Below are positions 22,308-35,477 of a DNA stretch of 64,000 bases, in pieces; positions within the stretch are counted from its first letter, which is position 1; each line of letters starts with the position of its first letter. A program made the position numbers and the translations under genes. The DNA is taken from positions 868,001 through 932,000 of the forward strand of contig CP089274.1 of the NCBI GenBank assembly GCA_023920165.1, read 5' to 3'. This DNA is from Curvularia clavata (lineage: Eukaryota). The notes under the pieces were generated by a model. It was not told the DNA's origin and searched no databases. It saw only the letters and a list, made by a program, of their open reading frames with translations.

Positions 22308-25300
22308 TCATTCCTCGATTAACGCACCGAGAATCAAACTCTGAATGACAAACTCCGCACAAGTGATCTTCACAGTCCTGCCACCAATGTCTCCCTTGAT
22401 GATAAGCTCCTCGGGGACATCACCCTCGCCATCTCTCTTTCTCTTCTTGCCACCCTTTTTGGTCTTGCCACCTACAGCAGCAGGTTTTTCTGTGCCGAAT
22501 AACGCCGCTGCCGCCTCCATGACACCGCGTTCGCCGTTGTCGACGTAGACCCAGTCCCACTTGCCGTCGGAAAGCATGTCTGACGCAGCAGCCATGTCAG
22601 CACAACGACCCACATTTGCGGAGCCGAGGGCATGCGAGAGAAAGAAGAACGGCTGGCGTTTCTCGATTTCCTTTTTCGACTTTCCGGTGATGAGGAGAAC
22701 ATTTTGGTTGCGGAGGAGCAGGTCGCGGCCCTGAATTGTCCGCGCAAAAGTTGTATCCTCGCCGGCTGGGTCGTAAGGAGCCATTGTACGAGAGCGGATT
22801 ACGCCGTTTGGATCGAGGAACTTTGAAACACCGGCGGGCAGAAGATAGCGTGTAAAAGGGGCAGCGTGAGAGGCATTGAGCGAGTCGTGAATCCAGCGGA
22901 CGTGTAAACACGGAACGTTAAGCGCGAGAGCTTGAATATACTTTGTGCTGCGGGAGTGTGCGTCCGATATCAGTGCGACGAAACCCAGATCCTTGTATGC
23001 ATCCTTGAGTACCAGTTCGTTAGATCCGTCACAGGTAGATGTTGATCTACGGCGATTCTGAGACGATGTTGGGGCCTCCTCTGATTCAAAGTCGAAGAGC
23101 TCGTGGAAGCCGTGCTCTAGCACCTGACCGTTGTTACTCTTAATAAGTCTGGCAATAGCATCCTTGTCCACATCAGCTGTGGTGGAAGTGAGGACAAAAG
23201 CCATGTTCGTGAACACGCCACTGCTAGATCGGGCTGTCGATGCTACAGAAGCAGCACGTGTGGTGGCATCTCTGAGGAATGACGGTACTGCAGTTCCGCG
23301 GCGACTGAACGAAGGGGTAGTCAAAGGATCGGCGATGGGGGTGCCAATATGAGAAGCTGATTTGGCCGGTGAGACAACGAAAGTCGAGGTGAAGGACCGA
23401 TCGCGGAGTCGCTTCCAGAGCGAAGAAGTCAGGTAAACACTGCCCATGGGCACCAAGATGTGCTCAGCTGACTGGAGTGCTTTAGCCTGCGGCAAACTCT
23501 CCCTTGGCCTTTCTTCGAGAACGACGGTCGCGTGCCCTCGTTGATCAGTCATTGGAAACTCTTCGCCACCGAGATCGTCTCTTCTGTCTTTGAAGCCCAC
23601 CACGATGTAGGTGTTCTTCTTCATACCTGGCTCGTCCACCTTGACGTGGTCGCCCGTACGAAGATCTAGTGCTCGCACATGTGCCGTATCTATGAAAGTG
23701 GTGTTGCCGTCATCAAAACGGATCTGAAGTTGGCGAGCTGTTGGACGCCCAACGCATGTAGCGGGGTAGTAATGACTTCCGGGCCAGGATGCAAATACTC
23801 TGTTAGGTACAATGATTTCCGGAGGAGTCGCACTTCGTTGGGATGGAATTTCCACCGTCACTTTGATGTTGCACGGCTGTGCAAGAGAGCTGGGAGGCAT
23901 GACCGGTTCACTGCCCGCGTCAACCATATCAACATCAGTTGGTGGTTCTGCGACAGCTTCTCGAGACTTCGTAGGCGTGATCGGACTCTTCTTCCGAGCA
24001 TTACCAGGCTCCTTTGGTCTCGTAGGCGAAGCTGCAGGTGAAGATACGCTTCGCAATAACTCTCTCGAAACCGGCTTCAATGCGCCTTGCCGTTGATTAC
24101 GAGGCTTGGAGGGTTTCGGGAGAACTCTGCTTTTCAAGGACGTTGTTCGTATAAAGGGAACGTCCGCATGTTCTTCTGTACCAGCCGCCGTATGAGCACC
24201 ATCGTCTTCACACTCACCGGCCGATACAGCTGGCTGGTTATCCTCCATGGCAGGCTGGACTTGGTCGAGCTGAGACGATGAAGGCGGGTCTGAAAGTGAC
24301 TCCGTATCAGTTGCTGTTCTGGTCGAATCGCGAAAGGCTTTGCGTTTGGCGGTATACATGACCCTGCGCCTTTTCACTGATGGTTTGGCTGGCGAAGAAC
24401 GTGGCATAAAGACGTCCCCCTCATCCTCAGATCCGCTCAATCTTGGCATCTCCACATCTTCCTCGTTCAGCGAATGTTGAGTGTCAGGTAGATTGTACAT
24501 GTCATCTACGGAACGGATGCGGCGGCTATCTGGAATTGCCTCGCTTCCAGCGTCCTTTGAACTGATGGGTACTTGCAGGTTGGGAGGAGATTCATCAGGC
24601 TTTTCTCTAGCTATCTGAGAAAGATCTACACTATTCGTGTGATCTCCCGTAGCAGTAGCATCCTCTGTAATTTCTTCAGAATTCTTGGTCGGAAAGAACG
24701 ATGGTTGTGTCTCGTCAAGCGCGTCTGTTTCTGGGATGGTATCCTGACGCTGCATGCATGGTGGTCGAGGCTGTCTCCCTGTCGCGTCACGCTGAAACTG
24801 ATTGCTACTGCGTGTATTGCTTCGTTCGTTCTGCTCTGAAGCTTCTGCCACTTGGTCGGTCTGGACATTCGTCTTTCCAGGTTTGACCAGGTCTAGTTCT
24901 TCTTTATCCGAATTTGTACCATCATTTTCATCTGCATGCTCTTTAACTACAGGCAGATCTTCGTCTTCGTCCATAGCCACGTCATCATCAAAGGTGGGGG
25001 ACAAGGAATTCCTTTGCCCACTGACCTCCGTATATTCGTCGTAAGTATGTTCGTCATATTCTATGTTATCATCACCAGCCTCGGCGTCGTCCGGAGGCAA
25101 AAGTGGTGGGCTGCTCGGTACACGTTCTTCGCCCTCGGGAGTTGTATCTTCTTCGGGACTACTAGGCTTGGGTGGCATCGGAGGCATCGAGGACGAAATA
25201 ATCTGACTTGTGTATCCAGTCCTAGAGCCCATTGTGGTCTGGTTGATGCTGTACTGGATTACTGATGGTGACGAAGGGAAGCGTATTGACTTCGGCTGCG

Positions 25301-26985
25301 GGATACTGTCAAAGTCGACATCTGGCTGAGAATCCATGACGGCTATCGATTCTCTACTGCTGTGCGGTTGAAACGATCGATTTAGGTTGTGTAACAATCT
25401 GGTTTCTTGTAGTTGATGTTCTCGTTGCAGAAGTAAAGGTTGTGAAGAATTCCTTGAAAGTGGGCACGAGGGCGTCCGGTGAGGGTGCGAAGAGGTCTTG
25501 GGAACCTGCACATTGCTATCGACACTGTTACGTCTCCCCGCAATTCGTTTGGTGACAGGTACATCTAGTGAACAAGCGTCTTCAGCGCTATTCTCATTCA
25601 CTCCCATATGTTGCGATTGTTCTTCCATTGTGACATCATAGTCATTCACCCCACCGTTTGTCTCAGCTTGCGGTGTCTTTGACCTTCCGGGCGACGAATC
25701 GTCAGGGTTCATTATGCGTTTTTTAGTCGATCGTGATAGTACGGGAGTTGGCACTGAGACACTTGATAGAGATCTGGCAGCCTGACGATGGGCATACTCT
25801 TTTGCCTTCTTAGCTCGTACTACTCTAGACAGCTCTTGCCAACTATCCTGTTCGACAAGACTCCCGTGCTCGTCTCCTAGAGATAATTTCCGTCTTTCTT
25901 GTGACTCCTTCATCGTAACATACTCGGTTCGCGGCTGGCTGGATGATCGTATAACGGGATCAGACTTCGGGGTCTCGGGCTGGGTAGCTTTGATTGGACT
26001 GGAGTACGCGGGTATCGGACTCGAGTGTCGTATATGAGTGAAGTTCGGAGAGGGACGTGAAAAGACAATGTCATCAGTTGCACCACCGCCTAGTGCGGGG
26101 GAAGTGGGTGCCTGTGTATTGTTGAAGGCCTGTGTAAGGGAAATGTGCTGCGCAAGCCCTTCGCCTCCGTGGCTCAGCGAGGGAAAGAAAAAGTTGGTAG
26201 AGCCGACAGTGCCAGGCGTCGTATTGGTTCGCGCAGCCGAACTAAGCATATTGCCTGAGTTGCCCCTCGTCCTGCCTACTAACGCTGGCGTCTGAAACTT
26301 GAGCGGACTTGTGGGAGCCAGGCTATTCTGCGCAGAGTCACCAACTTCGTCCGCGTCGGGCACGGTAGGGCTTGTAGGCGCGGGGCCGCGCTGGCCTTGA
26401 CTTGATGCGACAATGTCCATCTCGTCTGAAGGTGATTCTTCATCAATGTCCTCGTCGTGCTCAACAAAAAGCGACTTGGGATGTGCAACGTCGTTCACAT
26501 CGGTGGTCGAGTAGATGCCGCTTGTCCACGTCTTAAGCATCTGGCTATCTGGTTGTGTATCCCCCGGCGCATCCATCATGTTGAAGCTGTGCATCTTCGA
26601 TATCGCTCTTGGTTTCTTCGTCAAATCTGTGCTTGTGGGTGCGCTATGGTGTTTGGGCAGCGTGGGCTTCACATGATTTGCATGTACGGCGCGTCGTGGG
26701 GAAGCACCGCGATCGAGGAAGGATGCGGCGTCGTGGCAAGGGTCGCAGCTATCTGGATATTGGCTCTCGTCCGAAGTGGTAAACCGAAATGGCTTGTCGC
26801 TACAGGCCCGCTGCTTGAGGGCCTGGGAGAGCTGAGATGGGTCCTGAAGTGGCGTCAGTCGAGCGACGTGAATGATCGGCGACCAGGGTCTGGTGTCGCG
26901 CTATGCAGCACTCGATGCGTGAGGAAGAGAAACTCACATCGTACAAGTCCTCGCCGAGCATCGAGGGAGCCTGTGATTCTGCCAT
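22308..26985 (-). CDS. RAD9: DNA-damage checkpoint mediator Rad9/Crb2 (SQ/TQ-rich N-terminus, tandem Tudor, BRCT), about 1527 aa
   Basis: Exon1 26985-26938 (MAESQAPSMLGEDLYD), intron 26937-26844 (GTGAGT...CTGAC...CAG), exon2 26843-22308 in frame with the long ORF. Tudor region NRVFASWPGSHYYPATC...IRFDDG...LDLRTGDHVKVD; BRCT region FTNMAFVLT...HSRSTKYIQALALNVPCLHVRWI. Confidence 0.88.
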
Positions 26986-27584
26986 TGCGGCGATGCATCT
27001 CAAAGTGCGCTTCAGACAGCAATAGGTTTGGTTTCTGCCGTGCCACGCTCGGGTCGAGCCGAGAGGGTTACGCGCCAGTGGGACAGTGCAAACGCGTAGT
27101 CATGTGCTTTGAGGCTAAGCGCCATGGCCGTGACCTGCTTCGTGCAACACATGAGATTCTCAACTTCATCACATGTCAAGTACCGAAATCGAAATGCAGT
27201 CTTGTCTGTGGCTATCCGCACGTGGCTGCGCATGCAATGTTTGATTCAAATATTCATAGTACAGTTTGGCCTCCTTCCTCACTATCATCCCCAGATTTAC
27301 CCCACTCTTGTTTCCCAGTTGTAAGTTGAACGAGATAGAATTCTTGCTACCTGTTTGAGTGTGCGTGGTGCCACTCGTTTATATATTACAGAGTGAAAGC
27401 AAGTCCGGTTGTCGGTCACGTGATTGGATATTCGTGATATTGGCTCCCGTGACGAAGCTCGGAATCCACCACCAATGCTGCTTTAGACATCCAAAAGTCC
27501 AACTGCCTTCCGCCTCGCATCCATTGACAACAATCACTTTCCCAAATTTTCATGGCATGTCCCTCTATATCTGCTGCTGATCAT

Positions 27585-28205
27585 TTATCCCAGGAAAGTG
27601 TAGTACAAGCTCATGGCGGCTGTCAGTCCAACCACACCCCAGCCAGTGCGGATAACCTGCTGGTTCTTGAATCCAACACCAACATCCCAAGCCAAGTGCC
27701 TGACACCGTTGAAGGCGTGGAAGAAGAATGGGAATGCGAAGAAAGCCTTCAATCCCGCCTTGAGTGCCACAGGCCAAGCAGCGACAGCCGCGACCATTGA
27801 CTGTGTCTCAAGGTGCCATCCGGTGTAGGGGGCGACGAGGTATGCAATGCCGAAGAGGTAAAGAGAGCCGGACAGGGTGATGCCGGTAATACGGTTGAGA
27901 GACGAGGCGATCCAGGTGATCTGGGGTCGGTAGATGGAAAGGTGGGGCGAGACTGGACGGTTGACACGCTGCTTTGCGAGGATCTCGGCGGCCTGAGATT
28001 GGGAAGCATGTTCTGTTGCGGCAAGCCTATATGTCTCTGTTACTATTTGGCTCTTGGTGTGGGTGGGTGACCGAGAAGAGCACCCTCGTGCTCATGGTAT
28101 AGCTATGACATACCTGCGCTGGACCATGCGTCCTGCGGGCTGCACCCTCAGGCCAGGGGCGGCGGCGCGTCGCAGACCAAGCTGGAAAATGCGCTGAGAA
28201 GCCAT
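27585..28205 (-). CDS. SDH3: Succinate dehydrogenase cytochrome b560 subunit (SdhC), 177 aa
   Basis: Exon1 28205-28114, intron 28113-28027 (GTATGT...TAG), exon2 28026-27585. Arg-rich presequence; NRPVSPHLSIY, SSLNRITG and HAFNGVRHLAWD. Confidence 0.96.
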
Positions 28206-28320
28206 GATGGTGTTTCCCGGTAGCAATTGACTGATCAGTCGGACGGTGGTCGAGATGGTGATGATGTCGTCGTTCACTCCCGCGCCCAAATCTTCCCGAT
28301 TCCCGAGGTCCCGCGAGCGT

Positions 28321-28340
28321 CCAATCACCGCTGTCGCATT
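28321..28340 (+). promoter_or_regulatory. Putative bipartite CBC:HapX site (CSAAT-N12-RWT) upstream of SDH3
   Basis: CCAAT caccgctgtcgc ATT, about 115 bp upstream of the ATG of an iron-consuming respiratory gene. Confidence 0.55.
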
Positions 28341-29002
28341 ACGTTGCTTAGTCACCCGCTTGCCCGACACCCGATATTTTCTCGCGTGCGCCCGCGTCGC
28401 AACTTTTCCTCTCCAACGAACCTCGATATCGCCGGCAATGAGCGCCTCGACGTGCTGAACTGCGGGAGTGACGGCCTACTTTGTCTGCTGGCGTTATGTC
28501 AGTGGATGGGGCTTTTGGAGGGATCGGAGAGGAATGCCTGTATTAATCGCTTGTGCCGACGAAAGCTATGTCTGCACGAGTTTCATATCAAGGCTACATA
28601 CAATCTGTGGAGTGATGCTTTTATTTGTGTAAGCTGTCTTGAGACGGAATCTAGAAATACTTGGATCACTGTTGCAGAAGAAATGTGACGTGATGTGCAG
28701 TATCTGCATTCTTCTGAAGCTGTACATTGGCATGCACCTATGTCAGGTTACCATTTCATCACCTATGACAGGCTCAGGGGAGATGTTCAACTGCAATGGG
28801 ACTTTTCACTACAGAGTCACTATGCTCGCGACCATGGAAATCAGGGACACATGATGTGCATTGCATCCGAGTGAAGCAGAAACCTCGCTGTGAAAAATTC
28901 TTCTCATCACCTTGGTTCCAATCCTAGCCTCGTTTTCCGTGACGACTGCACCTTCGCGACAATCAGAGTGACATCAAACAAATCACATTGCTTCATCTCG
29001 GT

Positions 29003-30418
29003 ATGGCACCTCTTCGAGAGATCGCCAGCACCGACGCTGGCTTCTCAGCCGGCTCCTACATTTATAAAGTCATCTCCACATCAGCGCGACAGGATCCGCT
29101 TACCTATAGTCTTACCGACCAGCTAGCCTTGATATCATCAGACGACTCTCTCCGCTTTCTAACAGCAGATTTAAAGTCCGATGGCCATATCGCCAAGGCC
29201 CATGACAACATCACGTGCCTAGAACGAGCAAATGATGCAGCTAGTAATGTCGTCGCGACGGCAGGAAGAGATGGAATGATTAGGTTCTGGGACAAGAGGA
29301 GCAAGCAAAAAGTTCTTGAAACCGAAAGCCGTTAGTCTCTTTATTTCAATATGATATGCTTGAAAAGGAACAAGACTGACAAAGTCGATACAGCTCACAA
29401 ACTCATATCCGCGCTCGTGTGCAATGCCTCGACCAACTTCATCGCAGCCGGTATCGAGAACCCTGAAGATGGACCCAACAGCTCTCCCGTCTACATCTGG
29501 TAAATTCCCTCAACTCGCCACTATATTCTTTTGACATCCAATCTACTCTTCTCCCAAACACCGTTACTAACCCCCTTCCCAGGGACCAACGCAACACCAG
29601 CACCCCCCTACGCAGCTATATTGACTCGCACACGGACACCGTAACCAATCTCTCTCTCCACCCTTCGCATCCCTCGCTCCTCCTTTCCTCTAGCACCGAC
29701 GGCCTGCTCAACCTCTTCGACACCACGCAGGCCGACGAAGACGACGCCTTGTACCAAGTCATCAACCATGGGTCCGCTATCGCGCACGCTGGTTTTCTTT
29801 ACCCAGGCACTGACATGTACGCCATTGGCACCGATGAAACGGTAAGCTTTTACTCGCTGCAGAGTCAGAAGGAAGATGAGGAGGAGCCGGCGCCCAAGGT
29901 GTGTGGCGATGTGAGAGAGGTGCTGGGGTGCGAGTACGTGGTTGATTTAGGGTGGGTGGGGGGTAGGCCGTGTGTTGTGGTGGGGAAGCATAGGTATGTT
30001 GATGGTTTTGGCAGTGTTTGATGTGAGTGAGGGCTAATGGTGATACAGTGAGAAGAATGTAGAGTTGATACCAGTTACGAAGGGTACGAACGGCCCGCTG
30101 GATTATGGTTTCGATTTGGGAAATCGCACGTCGTTGCCTGGGGCCCATGGCGATGACATTGTGAGAGATTTGTTTACGGATGTACATGTGAGTGCTGGTG
30201 TTTTTCTCTACATATTTCATTCATGTTATACCCTTTTCTGACACAGCAGCGCCTAGACACACACGACCTACACTTGCGGCGAAGACGGCAAAGTCCGCGC
30301 ATGGAAGGCCGAGGACGGCGCAGCAGAGATGGATGTAGATGAAGTTGCGACCGCGTCATCGAAGAAAAAGCGGAAAGAGAAGAAGGAGAAGGAGAAGGCG
30401 AGGTTCAAGCCTTACTAA
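29003..30418 (+). CDS. WD40-repeat protein (WDR89/YNL035C-like), multi-exon
   Basis: ATG 29003 (MAPLREIAS). WD motifs AHDNITCL...TAGRDGMIRFWD, SHTDTVTNL...SSSTDGLLNLFD and TCGEDGKVRAW. Several GT-AG introns (first donor GTTAGT 29331). Ends KEKARFKPY* (TAA 30418). Confidence 0.82.
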
Positions 30419-30741
30419 AGTAGTCTTTATTAGGGATCTCTTAGGTAAGGACTTTTTGGATTATGCGGGTGATCGTGGAGATAGACATAGAAAAAAAAGA
30501 AAGAGAACAAAACTGAATTTGTACCGATAAGCTTGGCAGTTAAAGGGTCAATCACGCGTCGAGGACAGCGCTGGAGGAAGATGAGAAAATGAAATCCATC
30601 ATCTCTGTTTGCATTAAAAATACTACTGTAATAGAGCTGTGAACCCAAAAATTGTCGTCGTCCTCATCACCACGTTGTGTACTTTTCCCAAGCCAAAGTA
30701 CTTCTTTTTGAATACCTACTTTTCATCATAGACTACATCGT

Positions 30742-33101
30742 TCAAAAAAGAGCATCGTCTCCAAAGCGCTTAGCATACATACCCAGCGCCTTAATCGGGA
30801 AGATGAACTTGTAGTTGGGGTAAGAAATCATACTGTGTCTGAGTTAGCCTCTCATCCAATCCCATCGCGGAAAGAGAAACTTACCAAGACTTATTGAACA
30901 CGCCCTCGATCGACTCCTGCAACCACTCACCATTCGGCTGCTGCCTCTTCATAATCAACCTGATCGCCTTCTTCAGTGGCTCCTTATGCGGGAAGCCACC
31001 TTCAATCAGTGCAATGACGACCCACGCCGTCTGCACAACCTGGCTCTGCGGGTGCTGAGACCAAACACCGTCTTCACAGCTCTTGTAGGTCTCACCCCAG
31101 CCTCCGTCTTCCATCTGCTTATCGAGGAAGAACTGGCATGCGCGTCTGACACGCTCAGAGTTGTCGTATTGTTCGCCGGAGCACTTGAGAGATTCGAGAG
31201 CAAACATGCCAGCGTAGGTGAAGCAGATGCCCCAGCTACCATACCAAGAGCCATCTGGGCGCTGGGCTTTGCGGATGTAGGCTACGGCGCGCTCACGGAA
31301 GGCGGTGATCTCTGCAGAACGGTAGTCGGGGTAGTGGTGCTGGAACATGTCCAGGGCGGTTACGACGGCTGTTGTACATTCGGGGTAGTCATATTCGATC
31401 ATGATGTTGCCAAAGACTTCCGCGGCATTGAGGTGCTCGAGAAGCTCGCTGCCTCGTGTAGGCTCGTAAGAGGCACAGCCACCAGAGGCGTTTTGCATAG
31501 TGAGAAGAACATCAATGGCATCCTTAAGTCGTCGCTCGTTGATAAGTTGAGGGAACTGGTTGTCGTTTTGCAAAATCAAGACGCTCTTGAGGCCTTCGGA
31601 AGTGCAGTCGCTGACAGTGTAGCCTTGCTTGCGTGTGCTGAAACCCCAAGCACCTTTACGTTGTTGACGGTAACAGGCGTGTTGATCTCTAGTTTCTTCA
31701 AGAATTTGCTGATCTTCCAGGAACTCCAGAGATTTCCTCAGCATTGGCTCCCACTTCTTTTCCTTGGACAGGCCACACGACTCCACGGCTTGGATCAAGA
31801 AAGAAGTGTCCCATGATTGTACACCGTTGGTGCCGTTCATGAGCATGCCTTCGTCCTTGACCCACAGGAACTCTGGAATCGTCTTGATATGTTCGCGGAA
31901 AGCATGGCAATCCGGCCCGTCTCTGATGTACGCACACAACGCGTTCATAGGACCATTAACCGGACCCAAGTTTGAAAAATCGGTGTTCTCATCTTCAGCT
32001 TCAATTAGCCACCAGACGTGCTCTTCAGCACGCTTCACTAGCCCCTCATAGCGAAGGAAGGGAAACCATATGGCAGACAGAACCCAAAACAAGAGGGTAA
32101 CGACCCATGTCTTGGCATGGAAGTTGTCTGTGGGGGCAACGGTGTTGCGATGTGCATCAAAATTGATAGTCTCATACGGCTGCATGAGTAGTTCAGCCCT
32201 TAGCTGGCGTGTAAGGTCATTGAGCGGGTAAGACCACCGTTTCGAGTAGATGTAACACATGGGGAGAAAGACCTGTCGCATGTGTATCCACCACCTCCAA
32301 GGGGCAAAGGGAACCCAGTCTGGAAGAAGCCACAGCTCGGGCGGACATGGGTTGACAATGTCCCAAGACGTGACGTTCAAGACGCTCAGCCAGAATTTGG
32401 CCCAGTGTGGTGCGTTGAGAGCACCTCCCAGCTTCCACAGCGTTTCCCGTGCTTTGCACATTCTCGGATCTTCAGCGTCCACGCCTAGCAGCCTGAGCAC
32501 GGTATAGTTCATGGCCGTTCCAAATACGGTGCTTTCACCTTCAATGTGTAGCCCCCATCCACCATCTTCTGGGTGCGCTCGGGCAAAAAGGTAGTTTTTG
32601 ATCTCGATCGCGTGCGAGGCGGGGATTGGTGTCTCGGTGACATACCAGGTAATGACGAGGCCGGGGAGAAGGAACATGGGACCGCCGTATTCGCAGGCCC
32701 AGTTGCCAGGCGGGAGCTGAAGTTTGGAGAAAAAGGTGAGGCCATTGTCGGCGGCTTCAAGGGGCGTCTTTGCAGGCTTGAGGTCGGGTTGTTCCTATGC
32801 AAGTCAGTCGGGTTGTTGGCCTTGCTATGTCAAGCAGAGGTGGTCAAAGGTGGCGCAAACATACCGTATCAAGGCCTAAGAAATATTTGTCGGCCGTGCT
32901 CTGCGGCCACGCCTTCATCTCCTCGTCTGTTTGCAGATAGTGCCATGTCTGGCATCCACGGTCATCCTTCAGCCTCCATCTTGTGTAATCAGTCTTCTCG
33001 TGGCCCTGTTCGTTTTTGGTCACGCCGACCGCATCATTCAAGATTCGCTGAGCCGCGTTACGCTTTGTCATGCCATTGGCGGCACCATTGACATGCTTCA
33101 T
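30742..33101 (-). CDS. ERG7: Lanosterol synthase (2,3-oxidosqualene cyclase)
   Basis: Exons 33101-32865, 32794-30885 and 30832-30742. QW repeats ([21 protein letters not shown]), catalytic [11 protein letters not shown], and C-terminal GVFNKSCMISYPNY. Confidence 0.95.
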
Positions 33102-34364
33102 AGTTTATGCTTTTTGAGGGGTTGTTTAGAACAATCGGAGGACTGTGTCCTCAGAGCAGGAGGATGTGGTTGCGGGCGTCGTGCCGCCTGTTGCGGTGAG
33201 TTACCATGTTGGAATGTCTTGGCAGGGATGCATAAGCCACCGACTGAGAGCCGATCGACGCCTACGATGTCGAAAGAGTTTACCTGACATGCAGAATACT
33301 AGTAGGTACATGTTTCTCATGTGGTATCAAACTTAATCTTGCAGCCCTCACTGATGACAAAAGTTTTCTTAAAAGTTTCTTAACGCAATGCATCTCCAAC
33401 CCTGCCCTGGACCCTGGATATCCACAACGCCACCCCACGGACACACGATTCCCGCCAGCTCAGACGCTGTTGACAAAAATAATTTTAACTACCGCTAATC
33501 AACTTGACTACTTGACGTCTGCGATACTCGCCATGTCAAACAAGCCACGGTTTCACATGGGCTGTGTTTACTCGCCACTTTCGAGCAGGGCGGACGTCTT
33601 GGCAGGTACGCGGGCAATGATCGACTTGGATAAGGCCAACCACTCGGCTGGCTGTGCCCTCTGATTGCCGCCCCTTTATCCACGCGCCGCCGAGTCGCCG
33701 GGTGATTACATACTTGTTCCACACCCGTAGATCAGTGCGCTCATCGCCGAGAGGTGACGTGAAGTTGGAGGCAAATGACGAAGGGTGTGGGGACGAAGCG
33801 TATTTTCCGTATGCAGATCAACAGCCAATGAGAAAAGGATATCGTGTTTATGCTTGTGTTGTGTATGCGTGCATTCAATCAGTCATTGCCTCTGGTGCAG
33901 ATGCATCTATGGCAGGGTGTGGTGTGGTATATACAAATGTATAGGCATGGTGATGAGCGAGCGTACCGCCAGGGTGCGCTACTGCGCTGAGCCTCAGCCG
34001 GATAAAGGGAAAAGAAAAGGCAGAGAAAAGCGACTACTGTAATGAAAAGAAATCTTGTCCGGTGCCTGCATATGCAAAGCAGAAAGAGATAAAACCCCCC
34101 AATCCCTTAAAGCTGCTTTTGCAGATGCTAAAGTCAACAAAAACCCGAGATGCTAGTTGGAAAACAAATGCTTGATAACGCTGATGTGCTGAACGAAAGA
34201 ATTGCAGGAAAAAAAAAAGACGCTGCTACCAATGGCTCGTATTCAATGGAATGGCCGGCTCTCCTTTGGTCTTGTTGTATACTAACGCGTGTGTCTCAGC
34301 AGTAGCAGTAAAATCATGGTTTCGGGTATCGCAGAAATAACAAAGCGCCTCTTGTTCTCGTCTA

Positions 34365-35477
34365 CTAGTCGCTGAGGTCTGGGTTCGCAACAAAGAGTCG
34401 CGGGCCCATGGTCATAGTGCGCTCATCCACACTGCCTCGCCTCACCAGGTCGTCCTTGCTGCCCTTCTTGTCCGCTGCAACGGGAGCTTTCAGGTGTTCT
34501 GGCGCAGGCATCTGACCAACATCGCCAAAGTGACGTTCCCCACTGCTTCCACTGCCGGTACTAGCGTTTGTTTTTGTGTGATGGAAGTAGCTGTTGTCGT
34601 TGGGGGCGTGGGTGTCATATTCAGCAGGGGATGGAGTAGGCTCTTCTTTGAGGTCGGCGAGTTCGCCGTCGGGAGAAGAGTTTTGTGGTGGTGTGCTGTT
34701 GGAGGATATGCGGCCGGTTGGGTTGGCGTAAGATATACGACGACCTGAGCCCAAGGAGCTGCGGCCAGAGCCGGTGCGGTGGTGATACTGGCCATTCTTC
34801 ATTGAGCCTGTATCCTCGTCGTCGCCCTCATCTACCTCTGAGGCGCTCAATCGCATAGGTACTCCGGATCCTGCGTAGGTGACTGGAGCGTACAATGATG
34901 CCTTTGGCAGGCCATGGTGACGTCCAATCTTGGACCGTACCCCGCCAGTCATGCCTGATCCTCCAGAGGCACTCCGTGGTGGAGCGTGGTGCGGTCCACC
35001 TGCTACCTCCATGTTTGCTCGCATCTTGGCTTGACGCTGTTGGGCGAGCATGCGCGGGTCTTCGTATTGGGCCCTGTCACACCAGACGGTAGCCTTTTGC
35101 TTCCGCATCAGCGCAACATAAGATGTGGGCGAGTTGCCGCCGGAGCGCGTGGATGAAGAGCGGCGAAGGGCACCGCTGTTGGAGCGGTTTGGGGTGCCGT
35201 TTGTGGAACTGGTTGACGAGGTCGGGGTGCGGCGGAGGCCACTTTGGTATTGGGTCGGGTATTGCGAGTTCATGTTTGCGGTGGTAGGCGAAGGAGCAGG
35301 AAAGATACCCGAGCTGGTTGTTCGTGTGCGTGAGTGTCCTAGTTGGTTGTCGTTGTAGGCTTGCTGCTGCTGCGAGGCGGGTCGAACAGAGATTCCAGGG
35401 TTTGGTATGGGTTTGCGGCGGAGAGGAACGGCCCCGTAGGCGGACGGTTGTGGGGGTTGCGCCATGACGGCCTGCAT
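34365..35477 (-). CDS. Conserved hypothetical Ser/Gly-rich protein
   Basis: 370-aa ORF, mostly low complexity, with blocks SYVALMRKQKATVWCDRAQ, GVPMRLSASEV and LVRRGSVDERTMTM..RLFVANPD that I recall as conserved in Pezizomycotina. Confidence 0.8.
   Translation of the reverse strand: MQAVMAQPPQPSAYGAVPLRRKPIPNPGISVRPASQQQQAYNDNQLGHSRTRTTSSGIFPAPSPTTANMNSQYPTQYQSGLRRTPTSSTSSTNGTPNRSNSGALRRSSSTRSGGNSPTSYVALMRKQKATVWCDRAQYEDPRMLAQQRQAKMRANMEVAGGPHHAPPRSASGGSGMTGGVRSKIGRHHGLPKASLYAPVTYAGSGVPMRLSASEVDEGDDEDTGSMKNGQYHHRTGSGRSSLGSGRRISYANPTGRISSNSTPPQNSSPDGELADLKEEPTPSPAEYDTHAPNDNSYFHHTKTNASTGSGSSGERHFGDVGQMPAPEHLKAPVAADKKGSKDDLVRRGSVDERTMTMGPRLFVANPDLSD

Noticed and set aside
26457..27329. 290-aa plus-strand ORF
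   Set aside because: Antisense to the RAD9 5' end, non-ATG start and no recognisable motifs.
33359..33383. Imperfect tandem repeat AAAAGTTT(T)CTT in the ERG7 promoter
   Set aside because: Short, AT-rich and imperfect. No support for a cyp51A-TR-like regulatory duplication.
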